Positions 22,619 through 30,735 of a stretch of 32,000 bases of DNA are shown here, piece after piece; the stretch's first letter is position 1, and each line of letters opens with the position of its first letter. The position numbers and the translations under genes were made by a program. Under the pieces are notes generated by a model, which did no database searches, was not told the DNA's origin, and worked only from the letters and a program-made list of their open reading frames with translations. Location of the stretch: the NCBI RefSeq assembly GCF_000172995.2, contig NC_014729.1, forward strand, positions 1,800,001-1,832,000. The letters are read 5' to 3'. The DNA is from Halogeometricum borinquense DSM 11551 (lineage in GTDB: Archaea > Halobacteriota > Halobacteria > Halobacteriales > Haloferacaceae).

Positions 22619-23890
22619 ATGAACGTGGACGAACACGCCGAGGAACTCGCCTCCACCCTCGGAGTTGACAAATCGGAGGTCAAATCTGACCTAGAGGACC
22701 TGTTGTCGTACAGCGTCCCGATAGACGAAGCGAAACAGAGTATCCGCCGGAAACACGGGGGCGATTCCGGTGAGAGTACTGCACCGACTGCTAAGGGCGT
22801 TTCCGACATTACTCCCGAAGACGGCAACGTGACCGTCACGGTGAAGGTGCTGACCGTTGGGCGACGCTCGATCCGCTATCAGGGCGAAGAACAGACCATC
22901 CGCGAGGGCGAGTTCGCGGACGCGACGGGGAAGATTTCCTACACCTCGTGGGAGGACTTCGGGTTCGAGCCTGGTGACTCGGTGACCATCGGCAACGCCA
23001 ACGTCCGCGAATGGGAGGGTGAACCCGAACTGAACCTCGGGCAGAGTTCGACTGTCGCTGTCGAGACGACACCCGTCGAGACGCCGTACGAGGCAGGCGG
23101 TGACACGGATCTGGTGGACCTGCGCGCGGGAGACCGCGGCCGCAACGTCGAGGTACAGATACTCGAATCCGAAGAGCGAGTCATCTCAGGGCGCGAGGGC
23201 GACACCACCATTCGGTCGGGCGTTGTCGCCGACGAGACCGGGCGTCTGCCCTTCACCGACTGGGGTGCGCGGCCGGAACTCCGCGAGGGCGAGACGTTCC
23301 GTTTCGAGGACGTGTACGTCCGCGAGTTCCGCGGCGTCCCGCAGGTGAACCTCTCTGAGTTCACGACGGTGACGCCGCTGGCGCGCGACGTCCCGGTGAA
23401 CGACGAAGCCCCGCGGATGCGCATCGGTGAAGCCGTCGCTTCCGGCGGGATGTTCGACGTGGAAGTCGTCGGCAATCTGCTGGAAGTACGCGACGGTTCG
23501 GGGCTCATCGAACGCTGTCCCGACTGCGGGCGCGTCCTTCAGAACGGACAGTGTCGCACCCACGGTGACGTTGACGGCGAGGACGACATGCGCGTAAAGG
23601 CGATTCTGGACGACGGGAGCGGTACCGTGACGGCAGTCCTCGGACGCGAGCTGACCGAGCAACTGTACGGCGGGACGATGGCCGAAGCAATGGAGGCCGC
23701 CCGCGAGGCGATGGACAAGGAAGTCGTCGCCGACGAAATCAGAAGACAGGTCGTTGGCCGGGAGTTCCGCGTCCGCGGCAATCTCTCGGTTGACGATTAC
23801 GGCGCGAACCTCGAAGCGACGGAGTTCGCGGAGTCAGAAGACGACCCGACAGAGCGTGCAACGGCTCTTCTCGGGGAGGTGACAGCATGA
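22619..23890 (+). CDS. rpa1: Replication protein A (ssDNA-binding, multiple OB folds plus zinc finger), Rpa1-type
   Basis: Repeated OB-fold modules (three V..R-hydrophobic-hydrophobic blocks: VTVKVLTV, VEVQILES, VEVVGNLL). Zinc finger CPDCGRVLQNGQCRTHG. The gene order rpa1, COG3390-like gene, phosphoesterase matches the Haloferax rpa1 operon. Confidence 0.88.
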   Translation: MNVDEHAEELASTLGVDKSEVKSDLEDLLSYSVPIDEAKQSIRRKHGGDSGESTAPTAKGVSDITPEDGNVTVTVKVLTVGRRSIRYQGEEQTIREGEFADATGKISYTSWEDFGFEPGDSVTIGNANVREWEGEPELNLGQSSTVAVETTPVETPYEAGGDTDLVDLRAGDRGRNVEVQILESEERVISGREGDTTIRSGVVADETGRLPFTDWGARPELREGETFRFEDVYVREFRGVPQVNLSEFTTVTPLARDVPVNDEAPRMRIGEAVASGGMFDVEVVGNLLEVRDGSGLIERCPDCGRVLQNGQCRTHGDVDGEDDMRVKAILDDGSGTVTAVLGRELTEQLYGGTMAEAMEAAREAMDKEVVADEIRRQVVGREFRVRGNLSVDDYGANLEATEFAESEDDPTERATALLGEVTA

Positions 23891-25881
23891 GCGCAGTCGA
23901 GAACCGCCGCGAGGTGGCCTACCGAATCTTCGCCGCGGAGTTCGACGACGCCTCCCTGTCTTACTCCGAGGGCGACGAGGAACGCGCGCCGAACTACGTC
24001 GTCACGCCGACGGGCGCGCGGGTGAACCGCCTGTTCGCCGTCGGCGCGCTGACGGAAGTCGAGTCGGTCAACGACGAAGTGCTTCGCGGGCGTATCGCTG
24101 ACCCGACGGGCGTCTTCGTCACCTACGCCGGGCAGTACCAGCCCGAAGCGATGAACTTCCTCGACCGTTCGACGCCGCCGATGTTCGTCTCAATCACGGG
24201 CAAGGCGCGGACGTACGAGCCGGACGACTCGGATCGCGTGTTCACCTCGGTTCGTCCGGAGAGCATCAACGAAGTAGACGCCGGAACGCGGGACCGATGG
24301 GTGGTTGCGGCCGCCCGTGCGACCCTCGAACGCGTCGCCACGATGCAGGCGGCACTGGCGATGGATCACCGCGGGGACGACCTGCGTGCCGCGCTCGAAG
24401 CCCGCGGCGTTGACGAGTCGTTGGCGATGGGTGTCCCACTCGCTATCGACCACTACGGCACGACTGAACACTACCTCGAAGCAGTTCGAACGCTGGCAGT
24501 TCAAGCTCTCGAACTCGTCGCAGACAAACGCGAGGCGGTCGATTCGCTGACCGTCGCACCCGACGAAACAGGGCCGAGCGAACTCGGTCCCGTTCCGGAC
24601 GTGGCAGCGGCGACAGCCCCTGAGGGTGGCGACGTAGCGATTACCGAATCCGACGAATCCGAGGCGAGCGGATCAGAACCCGTCAGCGACGAACCCACCG
24701 AAAGCGCGGCGACCGCGGCCGACGAACCGGCCACAACGGAGGCGGATGCGACGGCAGAGAAGACGGAACCGGCGACAGAGACGGAACCGGTAACAGAGAC
24801 GGAACCGGCCCCTACGACAGACGAGACAGAACCGGAGACACCGACCGAGTCAGGCTCGGCTGAGGCAGCGGCTGACGCCGAGACGGTAGCGGCGACTGAC
24901 TCGGGGACATCCGAAGCAGCGGCGGATACGCCCGAACCCGAGTCGTCTGCAGGCGGACTCGGTGATTTCGATGCGGGCACATCAGAATCTGAGACGTCCG
25001 AAACAACCGCCGACACGTCGGATTCGGCGGGTGGGCTTGGCGACTTCGACGCGGATGACTCAGTTCCCAGCGGTTCCGGCGACACGGAATCGGCTCCTGA
25101 AGCCATCGAACCGGATGCTGAGACTTCTGACCCGACCACTGACACCGAGACGGCGGCTGACACCGAACCAACCACGGATACCGAGACGGCGACCGCCGAT
25201 TCGCCGTCCGAGGCGGTGCAGGCAGATGCCGCGGCGGATGCCAGCTCTGCTATGACTGGCGAGATGTACGAAATGGACGACGAGGAACGCGCCGAAATCG
25301 AAGCGGAGTTCGGCGCGGAGTTCTCCACCGGGAACGAGGTTGCTGACCCCGGCGAGGCCGATATTGATGTTCCCGACGCCGACGAGTTAGAGGCGGAGGG
25401 CGCTGAGGCGAGCGCCGAGACGAACGGTGAAACGCCGTCGGGTGTCGCCGACTCATCGGACACCGTCGAATCGGACACCACCGAAGCAGCGACCGAACCG
25501 AAGACGGAGATGGACGAGCCGCTCGAACCCGAGACCGACGAGACGCCCGAATCGGACACTGATGAGACGGCGTCGGACGAGTCCAAAGAATCCGGCAAAT
25601 CCGAACAATCTGACGAGTCCGAACAATCCGGCAAATCCGAAGTGGCCGCCGACACGACCGAGGCGACCGACGAGCCCGCAGAAGACGTTGACCTCGAAGT
25701 CGCCGTCGTGGACGTGATGGCCGACTTAGACGACGGCGACGGTGCGGACCACGACGCAGTCGTCTCCACTATCGTCGAACAGTACGGCGCGGACGCCGAC
25801 GCGGTCGAGGATGCGATTCAGGACGCCCTGATGAGCGGCAAGTGCTACGAACCGAGCGAAGGGACGTTGAAGTCCATCTGA
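23887..25881 (+). CDS. rpap1: RPA-associated protein (Rpap1-type, COG3390-like OB-fold N-domain) with a very long acidic disordered insert
   Basis: The ATG overlaps the rpa1 stop (ATGA). The N-domain has REVAYRIFAAEFDD...YVVTPTGARVNRLFAVGALTEV. Next come about 380 residues of D/E/T/S/A/P low complexity, then a short folded C-terminal segment (VVSTIVEQYGADADAVEDAIQDALMSGKCYEP). Confidence 0.8.
   Translation: MSAVENRREVAYRIFAAEFDDASLSYSEGDEERAPNYVVTPTGARVNRLFAVGALTEVESVNDEVLRGRIADPTGVFVTYAGQYQPEAMNFLDRSTPPMFVSITGKARTYEPDDSDRVFTSVRPESINEVDAGTRDRWVVAAARATLERVATMQAALAMDHRGDDLRAALEARGVDESLAMGVPLAIDHYGTTEHYLEAVRTLAVQALELVADKREAVDSLTVAPDETGPSELGPVPDVAAATAPEGGDVAITESDESEASGSEPVSDEPTESAATAADEPATTEADATAEKTEPATETEPVTETEPAPTTDETEPETPTESGSAEAAADAETVAATDSGTSEAAADTPEPESSAGGLGDFDAGTSESETSETTADTSDSAGGLGDFDADDSVPSGSGDTESAPEAIEPDAETSDPTTDTETAADTEPTTDTETATADSPSEAVQADAAADASSAMTGEMYEMDDEERAEIEAEFGAEFSTGNEVADPGEADIDVPDADELEAEGAEASAETNGETPSGVADSSDTVESDTTEAATEPKTEMDEPLEPETDETPESDTDETASDESKESGKSEQSDESEQSGKSEVAADTTEATDEPAEDVDLEVAVVDVMADLDDGDGADHDAVVSTIVEQYGADADAVEDAIQDALMSGKCYEPSEGTLKSI
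24760..24812 (+). repeat. Three tandem 18-nt coding repeats (ETEPxT) inside rpap1
   Basis: ACGGAACCGG recurs at 24763, 24781 and 24799, an exact 18-nt period. Confidence 0.8.
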
Positions 25882-25885
25882 GCCG

Positions 25886-26680
25886 ATGGCACGGCGTGGC
25901 GACGGACCGATAGTCGAACCCGTTCCGGGCGACCCGGCGGCCGTCGCGCACCTCGGCCCGAACGCGGGCGACGAGACGGCGCTCGTCGTCGCCGATTACC
26001 ACGCTGGAATCGAGGCGGGCCTGCGCTACGAACGCGGCGTCGAACTCGACAGCGACGCCGACGTGCGACTCGCGCGCCTGCTGCGCCTGTTAGACGAGAC
26101 CAACCCGGATCGGCTGGTCGTCCTCGGCGACTTAGGCCACCGCATCGGCGCTCCGAAAGGAGACGAAGCCGACGAGTTAGAGACGTTCGTCGAGCGAACT
26201 GTCGCCCGGGTCCCGATAACGCTGGTTCGCGGCAACCACGACGGCGGCATCGCCGAGGCGTTCGGTGATCGAATCGACGTGACCGACGGGTCCGGTATCC
26301 GACTCGGGCGCGTTGGATTCGTCCACGGCCACACGTGGCCCTCCTGCGAGGTGGTCGAGAGCGAAGTCGTCTGCGCGGCGCACGAACACCCGGCGGTCCG
26401 TCTCGCGGACAGTGTCGGCGGCAGCCGGAAGGAACGCGCGTGGCTTCGCGGCCCGATGAATCCCGACCCGTTCGCGGAGGCGTTGGGACTGGATGTCGTC
26501 GAACTGGCGTGGCAGTCTCCCGAACTCGTCGTCTTTCCGGCGTTCAACGACCGCTCCGGCGGGACGTGGGTGAACGTCGAGGGACAGGAGTTCCTCTCAC
26601 CGTTTCTCCCCGACGGCGTGTTCGACGCCGACGCATACCTCCTCGACGGGACGCGACTCGGCCCGTATCGGTCGGTGTAG
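25886..26680 (+). CDS. rpe: Calcineurin-like metallophosphoesterase, Rpe-type (third gene of the rpa1 operon)
   Basis: Motifs VVADYHAG, LVVLGDLGH, VRGNHD, VHGHTWP and AAHEHPAV. It starts 4 nt after the rpap1 stop. Confidence 0.85.
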   Translation: MARRGDGPIVEPVPGDPAAVAHLGPNAGDETALVVADYHAGIEAGLRYERGVELDSDADVRLARLLRLLDETNPDRLVVLGDLGHRIGAPKGDEADELETFVERTVARVPITLVRGNHDGGIAEAFGDRIDVTDGSGIRLGRVGFVHGHTWPSCEVVESEVVCAAHEHPAVRLADSVGGSRKERAWLRGPMNPDPFAEALGLDVVELAWQSPELVVFPAFNDRSGGTWVNVEGQEFLSPFLPDGVFDADAYLLDGTRLGPYRSV

Positions 26681-26706
26681 ATGGATGCGAAGCTATCGAG
26701 CCATCT
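26679..26706. terminator. Stop-to-stop hairpin between convergent genes (AGATGG-N16-CCATCT)
   Basis: A 6-bp inverted repeat whose arms overlap both stop codons. There is no U-tract. Confidence 0.25.
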
Positions 26707-26969
26707 CAGACGGATTTAACGGAGACGCTCATAGCGAAGAGGAGGCTCCCGATTACCGTCAAGTAGACTAGCGTCCCCCATTTTTCCGGACTGTCGTACG
26801 ACTCGGGACGCACCGTGTTGTATCCAGTGAGGGCGATCACGAACCCGCCGCCGAAAATGGTGAGGAGTCCTACTGTCTGGCCTTCGTAGACGTACTCCGT
26901 AACGCCGTGAAGGAGGCCGACTGTTCCGAAGACGAAAAACGAGAGCTGGTAACCGACGCGTGGATTCAT
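26706..26969 (-). CDS. Small membrane protein (87 aa, about 3 TM helices), unknown function
   Basis: Hydrophobic segments YQLSFFVFGTVGLLHGV, VGLLTIFGGGFVIALTGY and LVYLTVIGSLLFAMSV. Clean ATG, with an AT-rich upstream region. Confidence 0.55.
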   Translation of the reverse strand: MNPRVGYQLSFFVFGTVGLLHGVTEYVYEGQTVGLLTIFGGGFVIALTGYNTVRPESYDSPEKWGTLVYLTVIGSLLFAMSVSVKSV

Positions 26970-27086
26970 TACCGGTTATTTGTTCCAGTCGATAATGAAT
27001 GTCATGCAACCAACCAATATATCGTAAAGTAACCCCGAACCGCCGCGAGCGGTGCGCTTAATCCGCTTGCACCGTTACGACGGACG

Positions 27087-29933
27087 ATGGCAGACGGGAC
27101 TGCCGCGCAGGGAATGGACGCGTTCACCGCCCTCGGCGACACGGTTCGCGCGGCGCTCTCAGAGCGTGGTTTCACGACACCCACGGAGCCACAGCGACGC
27201 GCGATTCCACCCCTCGCCGCTGGGAAGAACGCTCTCGTCATCGCACCGACGGGGACGGGGAAGACGGAGACGGCGATGCTCCCCGTCCTCGATTCGATTG
27301 TCGAATCCCCCGACGAGGACAGAGCAGGTCTCTCTGCCCTGTACGTCACTCCGCTCCGCGCGCTGAACCGCGACATGCGGGAGCGACTCGACTGGTGGGG
27401 CGAGGAGTTGGACATCGAGGTGGACGTTCGGCACGGCGACACCACGCAGTATCAGCGACAAAAGCAGGCAAACGACCCGCCGGACGTGTTGGTGACGACG
27501 CCGGAGACGCTACAGGCGATGCTGACGGGCGAAAAGTTGCGGACGGCACTGTCGGACGTGCGCCACGTCGTCGTAGACGAGGTACACGAACTCGCCTCGG
27601 CCAAGCGCGGCGCGCAGTTGACCGTCGGTCTCGAACGCCTCCGTGCGCTCGCGGGACCGTTCCAGCGCATCGGACTCTCAGCGACGGTAGGGTCGCCCGA
27701 GGAGGTCGGGAAGTTTCTCACTGGCGACCGGTCGTTCGAGATCGTCGAGGTCGATGCGGGGAGCAAGGTGGCGTTCACCGTCGTCCACCCCGACGTGACC
27801 CGCGAGGACCAGACGTTAGCCGGGCAGTTGGCGTCTGAAGACGAGATGGCGAGTCACGTTCGGGCGATCCGCGATATCGTGCGCGACCACGAATCGACGC
27901 TCGTCTTCGTCAACACCCGGCAGACAGCGGAGGCGCTCGGGTCGCGCTTTAAGCGGTTGAACGAACCGATAGCGGTTCACCACGGGTCGCTCTCGAAGGA
28001 CGTGCGAATCGACGTCGAAGATCGGTTCAAGACGGGCGAGTTGGACGGTCTCATCTGCACCTCCTCGATGGAACTCGGCATCGACGTTGGTCGAGTGGAC
28101 CACGTCGTCCAGTACGGCAGTCCGCGTGAGGTATCGCGTCTGCTCCAGCGAGTCGGCCGCGCAGGCCACCGCCGCGACCAGACCTCTCGGGGAACCATCG
28201 TCACCTCCTCGGCTGACGACACGCACGAGGCGCTCGCCATCGCGCGGAAGGCCGAAGCGGGAGAGGTCGAACCCGCGCGCATCCACCACGCGAGCCTCGA
28301 TACGGTGGCGAACCAAATTGTCGGCGTGGTCATGGACTACGGCGAGGTTTCGGCCCGTAAGACGTACGAACTCGTCACCTCGGCGTATCCGTTCTGCGAC
28401 CTCGAAGCAGCGACGTTCCGCGAAATCGTCCGGGAGTTGTCGGGCAACCGTCTGCTCTGGCTGGACGAGGAGAAAGACGTGTTGGAGAAATCCAGCGGCA
28501 CGTGGCAGTACTTCTACGCCAACTTGTCGATGATCCCCGACGAAGAGACGTACGACGTGTACGACATGTCTTCTCGTGGGCAGATCGGCACGCTGGACGA
28601 ACGCTTCGTCGTCAACTTCGCCGAACCCGGTGCGTCGTTCATCCAACGCGGCGAGATGTGGCGCATCAACGATATCGATGACGAAGAGGGCGAGGTACAC
28701 GTCACACCCATCGAGGACCCCAGCGGCGAGGTGCCGTCGTGGACCGGATCCGAGATACCTGTCCCCGCACACGTTGCGGGAGAGGTGGGCGAGATACGCG
28801 AAACGGCCGCCAGACAGTTCGAACTCGGTGGCGAACGGGACGCCGTCGCACGCGACTTCCGCGGCCGCTATCCCACAGACGAACGAACCGTCTCGAAGTC
28901 GCTGAAGCCCACGGAGCGACAAGTTGACGCCGAGTTACCAGTACCAACCGCCGACCGACTCGTCATCGAAGGCCAAGGACGGAAAGTCACCCTCAACTCC
29001 CCGTACGGCCATCGCGTGAACGAGACACTGGGGCGGATGCTGGCCGCGCTCGTCGGGCAGCGCACGGGATCGTCGATCGGTATCGAGACGGACGCCTATC
29101 GCGTGACGTTCGAGGTTCCGCCGAACGCCTCCGTCCACGATTTCACCGAGGTTCTGGAGACGACGGACCCTGATCACGTCGAGGGCGTCCTCGAACTCGC
29201 ACTGAAACACTCCGAGTCGCTGAAGTTCACGCTTGCACAGGTGGCCGCGAAGTTCGGTGCGCTCAAGCGCTATCAAGGGAACAAACGATTCGGCGGCGAC
29301 AGACTACTGGCCGCTCTGGAAGACACGCCCATTTACGACGAGGCGGTCCGGGAGGTGTTCCACGTCGATTTGGCTGTTCCCGAGACGACCGAACTGCTTC
29401 GGAAGATACAGGACGGCGAAGTGGCCTTGGAGACGGCGCGGGAACGCACCCCCATCGGTATCGACGGCCGGTCTAGCGGCCGTGAACTGCTCGTCCCCGA
29501 GAACGCGGATGCGAGCGTGATACAAGCGATTAAAGAGCGAATCCAGAACGACCGGGTCATCCTTCAATGTCTGCACTGCACGGATTGGAAGACGACGCGG
29601 AAGGTGCGCCGCGTCCGCGACCAACCTGAGTGCCCTGAGTGCGGTGCGACGCGCGTTGCCTGCTTGAACCCGTGGGACGACGAGACGGTGACAGCCGTGC
29701 GCGCGAACGACCCCGACGACGAGCAACGACGACTGAAAAAGCGCGCGTACAAGTCAGCGAGTCTCGTCCAGAGTCACGGCCGCAAGGCCGTCGTCGCCCT
29801 CGCCGCGCGCGGTGTCGGCCCGCAGAACGCGGCGCGTATCATCGGGAAACTCCGCGAGGATGAAGACGACTTCTACCGTGACATCCTCGAACAGGAGCGA
29901 CAGTACGCCCGTACGCAGTCGTTCTGGGACTGA
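27087..29933 (+). CDS. lhr: Lhr-type (large helicase-related) DEAD/DEAH-box ATP-dependent helicase, 948 aa
   Basis: Q-motif region FTTPTEPQRRAIP; Walker A APTGTGKTETAML; DEVH box VVVDEVHEL; SAT; motif VI QRVGRAGHR. The long Lhr-like C-terminal extension carries a zinc ribbon CLHCTDW...CPECG. Confidence 0.9.
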   Translation: MADGTAAQGMDAFTALGDTVRAALSERGFTTPTEPQRRAIPPLAAGKNALVIAPTGTGKTETAMLPVLDSIVESPDEDRAGLSALYVTPLRALNRDMRERLDWWGEELDIEVDVRHGDTTQYQRQKQANDPPDVLVTTPETLQAMLTGEKLRTALSDVRHVVVDEVHELASAKRGAQLTVGLERLRALAGPFQRIGLSATVGSPEEVGKFLTGDRSFEIVEVDAGSKVAFTVVHPDVTREDQTLAGQLASEDEMASHVRAIRDIVRDHESTLVFVNTRQTAEALGSRFKRLNEPIAVHHGSLSKDVRIDVEDRFKTGELDGLICTSSMELGIDVGRVDHVVQYGSPREVSRLLQRVGRAGHRRDQTSRGTIVTSSADDTHEALAIARKAEAGEVEPARIHHASLDTVANQIVGVVMDYGEVSARKTYELVTSAYPFCDLEAATFREIVRELSGNRLLWLDEEKDVLEKSSGTWQYFYANLSMIPDEETYDVYDMSSRGQIGTLDERFVVNFAEPGASFIQRGEMWRINDIDDEEGEVHVTPIEDPSGEVPSWTGSEIPVPAHVAGEVGEIRETAARQFELGGERDAVARDFRGRYPTDERTVSKSLKPTERQVDAELPVPTADRLVIEGQGRKVTLNSPYGHRVNETLGRMLAALVGQRTGSSIGIETDAYRVTFEVPPNASVHDFTEVLETTDPDHVEGVLELALKHSESLKFTLAQVAAKFGALKRYQGNKRFGGDRLLAALEDTPIYDEAVREVFHVDLAVPETTELLRKIQDGEVALETARERTPIGIDGRSSGRELLVPENADASVIQAIKERIQNDRVILQCLHCTDWKTTRKVRRVRDQPECPECGATRVACLNPWDDETVTAVRANDPDDEQRRLKKRAYKSASLVQSHGRKAVVALAARGVGPQNAARIIGKLREDEDDFYRDILEQERQYARTQSFWD

Positions 29934-29993
29934 TTGTTCCGCCTCACTCAATCTTGGTTCATGTTAGGTACTGACACTCGTCGGAGATTTATC

Positions 29994-30728
29994 ATGTCCC
30001 GCCCCGACCACCCATTCATGCCGGACGACGCACTCGGCACGGCGATGTGGGACTATCTCAACGGCGACTACGACGGGTCGTGCGTCCACCACGATCCCCG
30101 GACGGGAGAGAGATGGGACGCGAACGTCGAGGAGTTCTACTTCGTGACGTACGACGAGTGGCCCGCCGAGACGCAAGCGTTCGTCGATAGCCTCCGGACA
30201 CCCCTCGTAGACGTTGGCTGTGGGGCCGGGAACCACGCTCGTGTCGTACAGAACCGTGGGGACGTTGTCGCGTTCGACGCGAGTCCGATGGCCGTTCGGA
30301 CGGCCCGCGCCCGCGGGGTGGACGCCTTCGTCGCGGATATGTTCGCCCCGCCCGTCGCCGACGACGGATTCGAGACGGCACTGGTGAATGGAACGCAGGC
30401 GACGTTGGCGCAGTCGGAGGCAGAACGCCGCGACTTTCTCTGCGAACTCGCGCGCGTTACCACGGCGACGGGCGAAGCGTGGATAGACTCGTACGACCCC
30501 GATCGGGCCGACGAATCCCACGGACACCGACGAACCGACGAACCCGGCATCGGCAGTCGGCAGTTCCGCGTCGAGTACCGCGGACGCGACTTGGTCGGCC
30601 CGCTCCTTCAGTTCCGGACGTTCTCTCCCGAAACGCTCCGCGACGCCTGCGACGGGACGCCGTGGACTCCCACGGGCGTTACCTACCGCGGCGACGTGGG
30701 GTACTACAAGGCGCGACTGCGGAAGTGA
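29994..30728 (+). CDS. Class I SAM-dependent methyltransferase (start uncertain: 29994 preferred, 29961 possible)
   Basis: Motif I LVDVGCGAGNHA followed by VVAFDASPMAV. The track start at 29934 is a TTG immediately after the lhr stop. Confidence 0.78.
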   Translation: MSRPDHPFMPDDALGTAMWDYLNGDYDGSCVHHDPRTGERWDANVEEFYFVTYDEWPAETQAFVDSLRTPLVDVGCGAGNHARVVQNRGDVVAFDASPMAVRTARARGVDAFVADMFAPPVADDGFETALVNGTQATLAQSEAERRDFLCELARVTTATGEAWIDSYDPDRADESHGHRRTDEPGIGSRQFRVEYRGRDLVGPLLQFRTFSPETLRDACDGTPWTPTGVTYRGDVGYYKARLRK

Positions 30729-30735
30729 CTGTGTC

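Noticed and set aside
24760-25690. Short tandem and dispersed repeats that could be mistaken for a CRISPR-like or minisatellite array
   Set aside because: The period is 18 nt with no spacers, and the repeats are in frame and encode acidic peptide repeats within rpap1. There are no CRISPR-length repeats or spacers anywhere in the window.
24501-25769. 422-aa Ser/Ala/Val-rich minus-strand ORF
   Set aside because: It is the mirror image of the GAN/ACN-rich acidic insert of rpap1, where antisense Asp/Glu/Thr codons give Ser/Val. It has no start context or motifs and lies entirely inside a well-supported gene.
27816-28922. 368-aa minus-strand ORF inside the Lhr helicase gene
   Set aside because: It is antisense to a region containing helicase motif VI, has Arg/Val-rich composition and no recognisable domain.
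29934-29993. TTG start directly after the lhr stop, suggesting lhr-methyltransferase coupling
   Set aside because: The extension MFRLTQSWFMLGTDTRRRFI is not homologue-like, and ATG starts exist at 29961 and 29994. Coupling cannot be supported.
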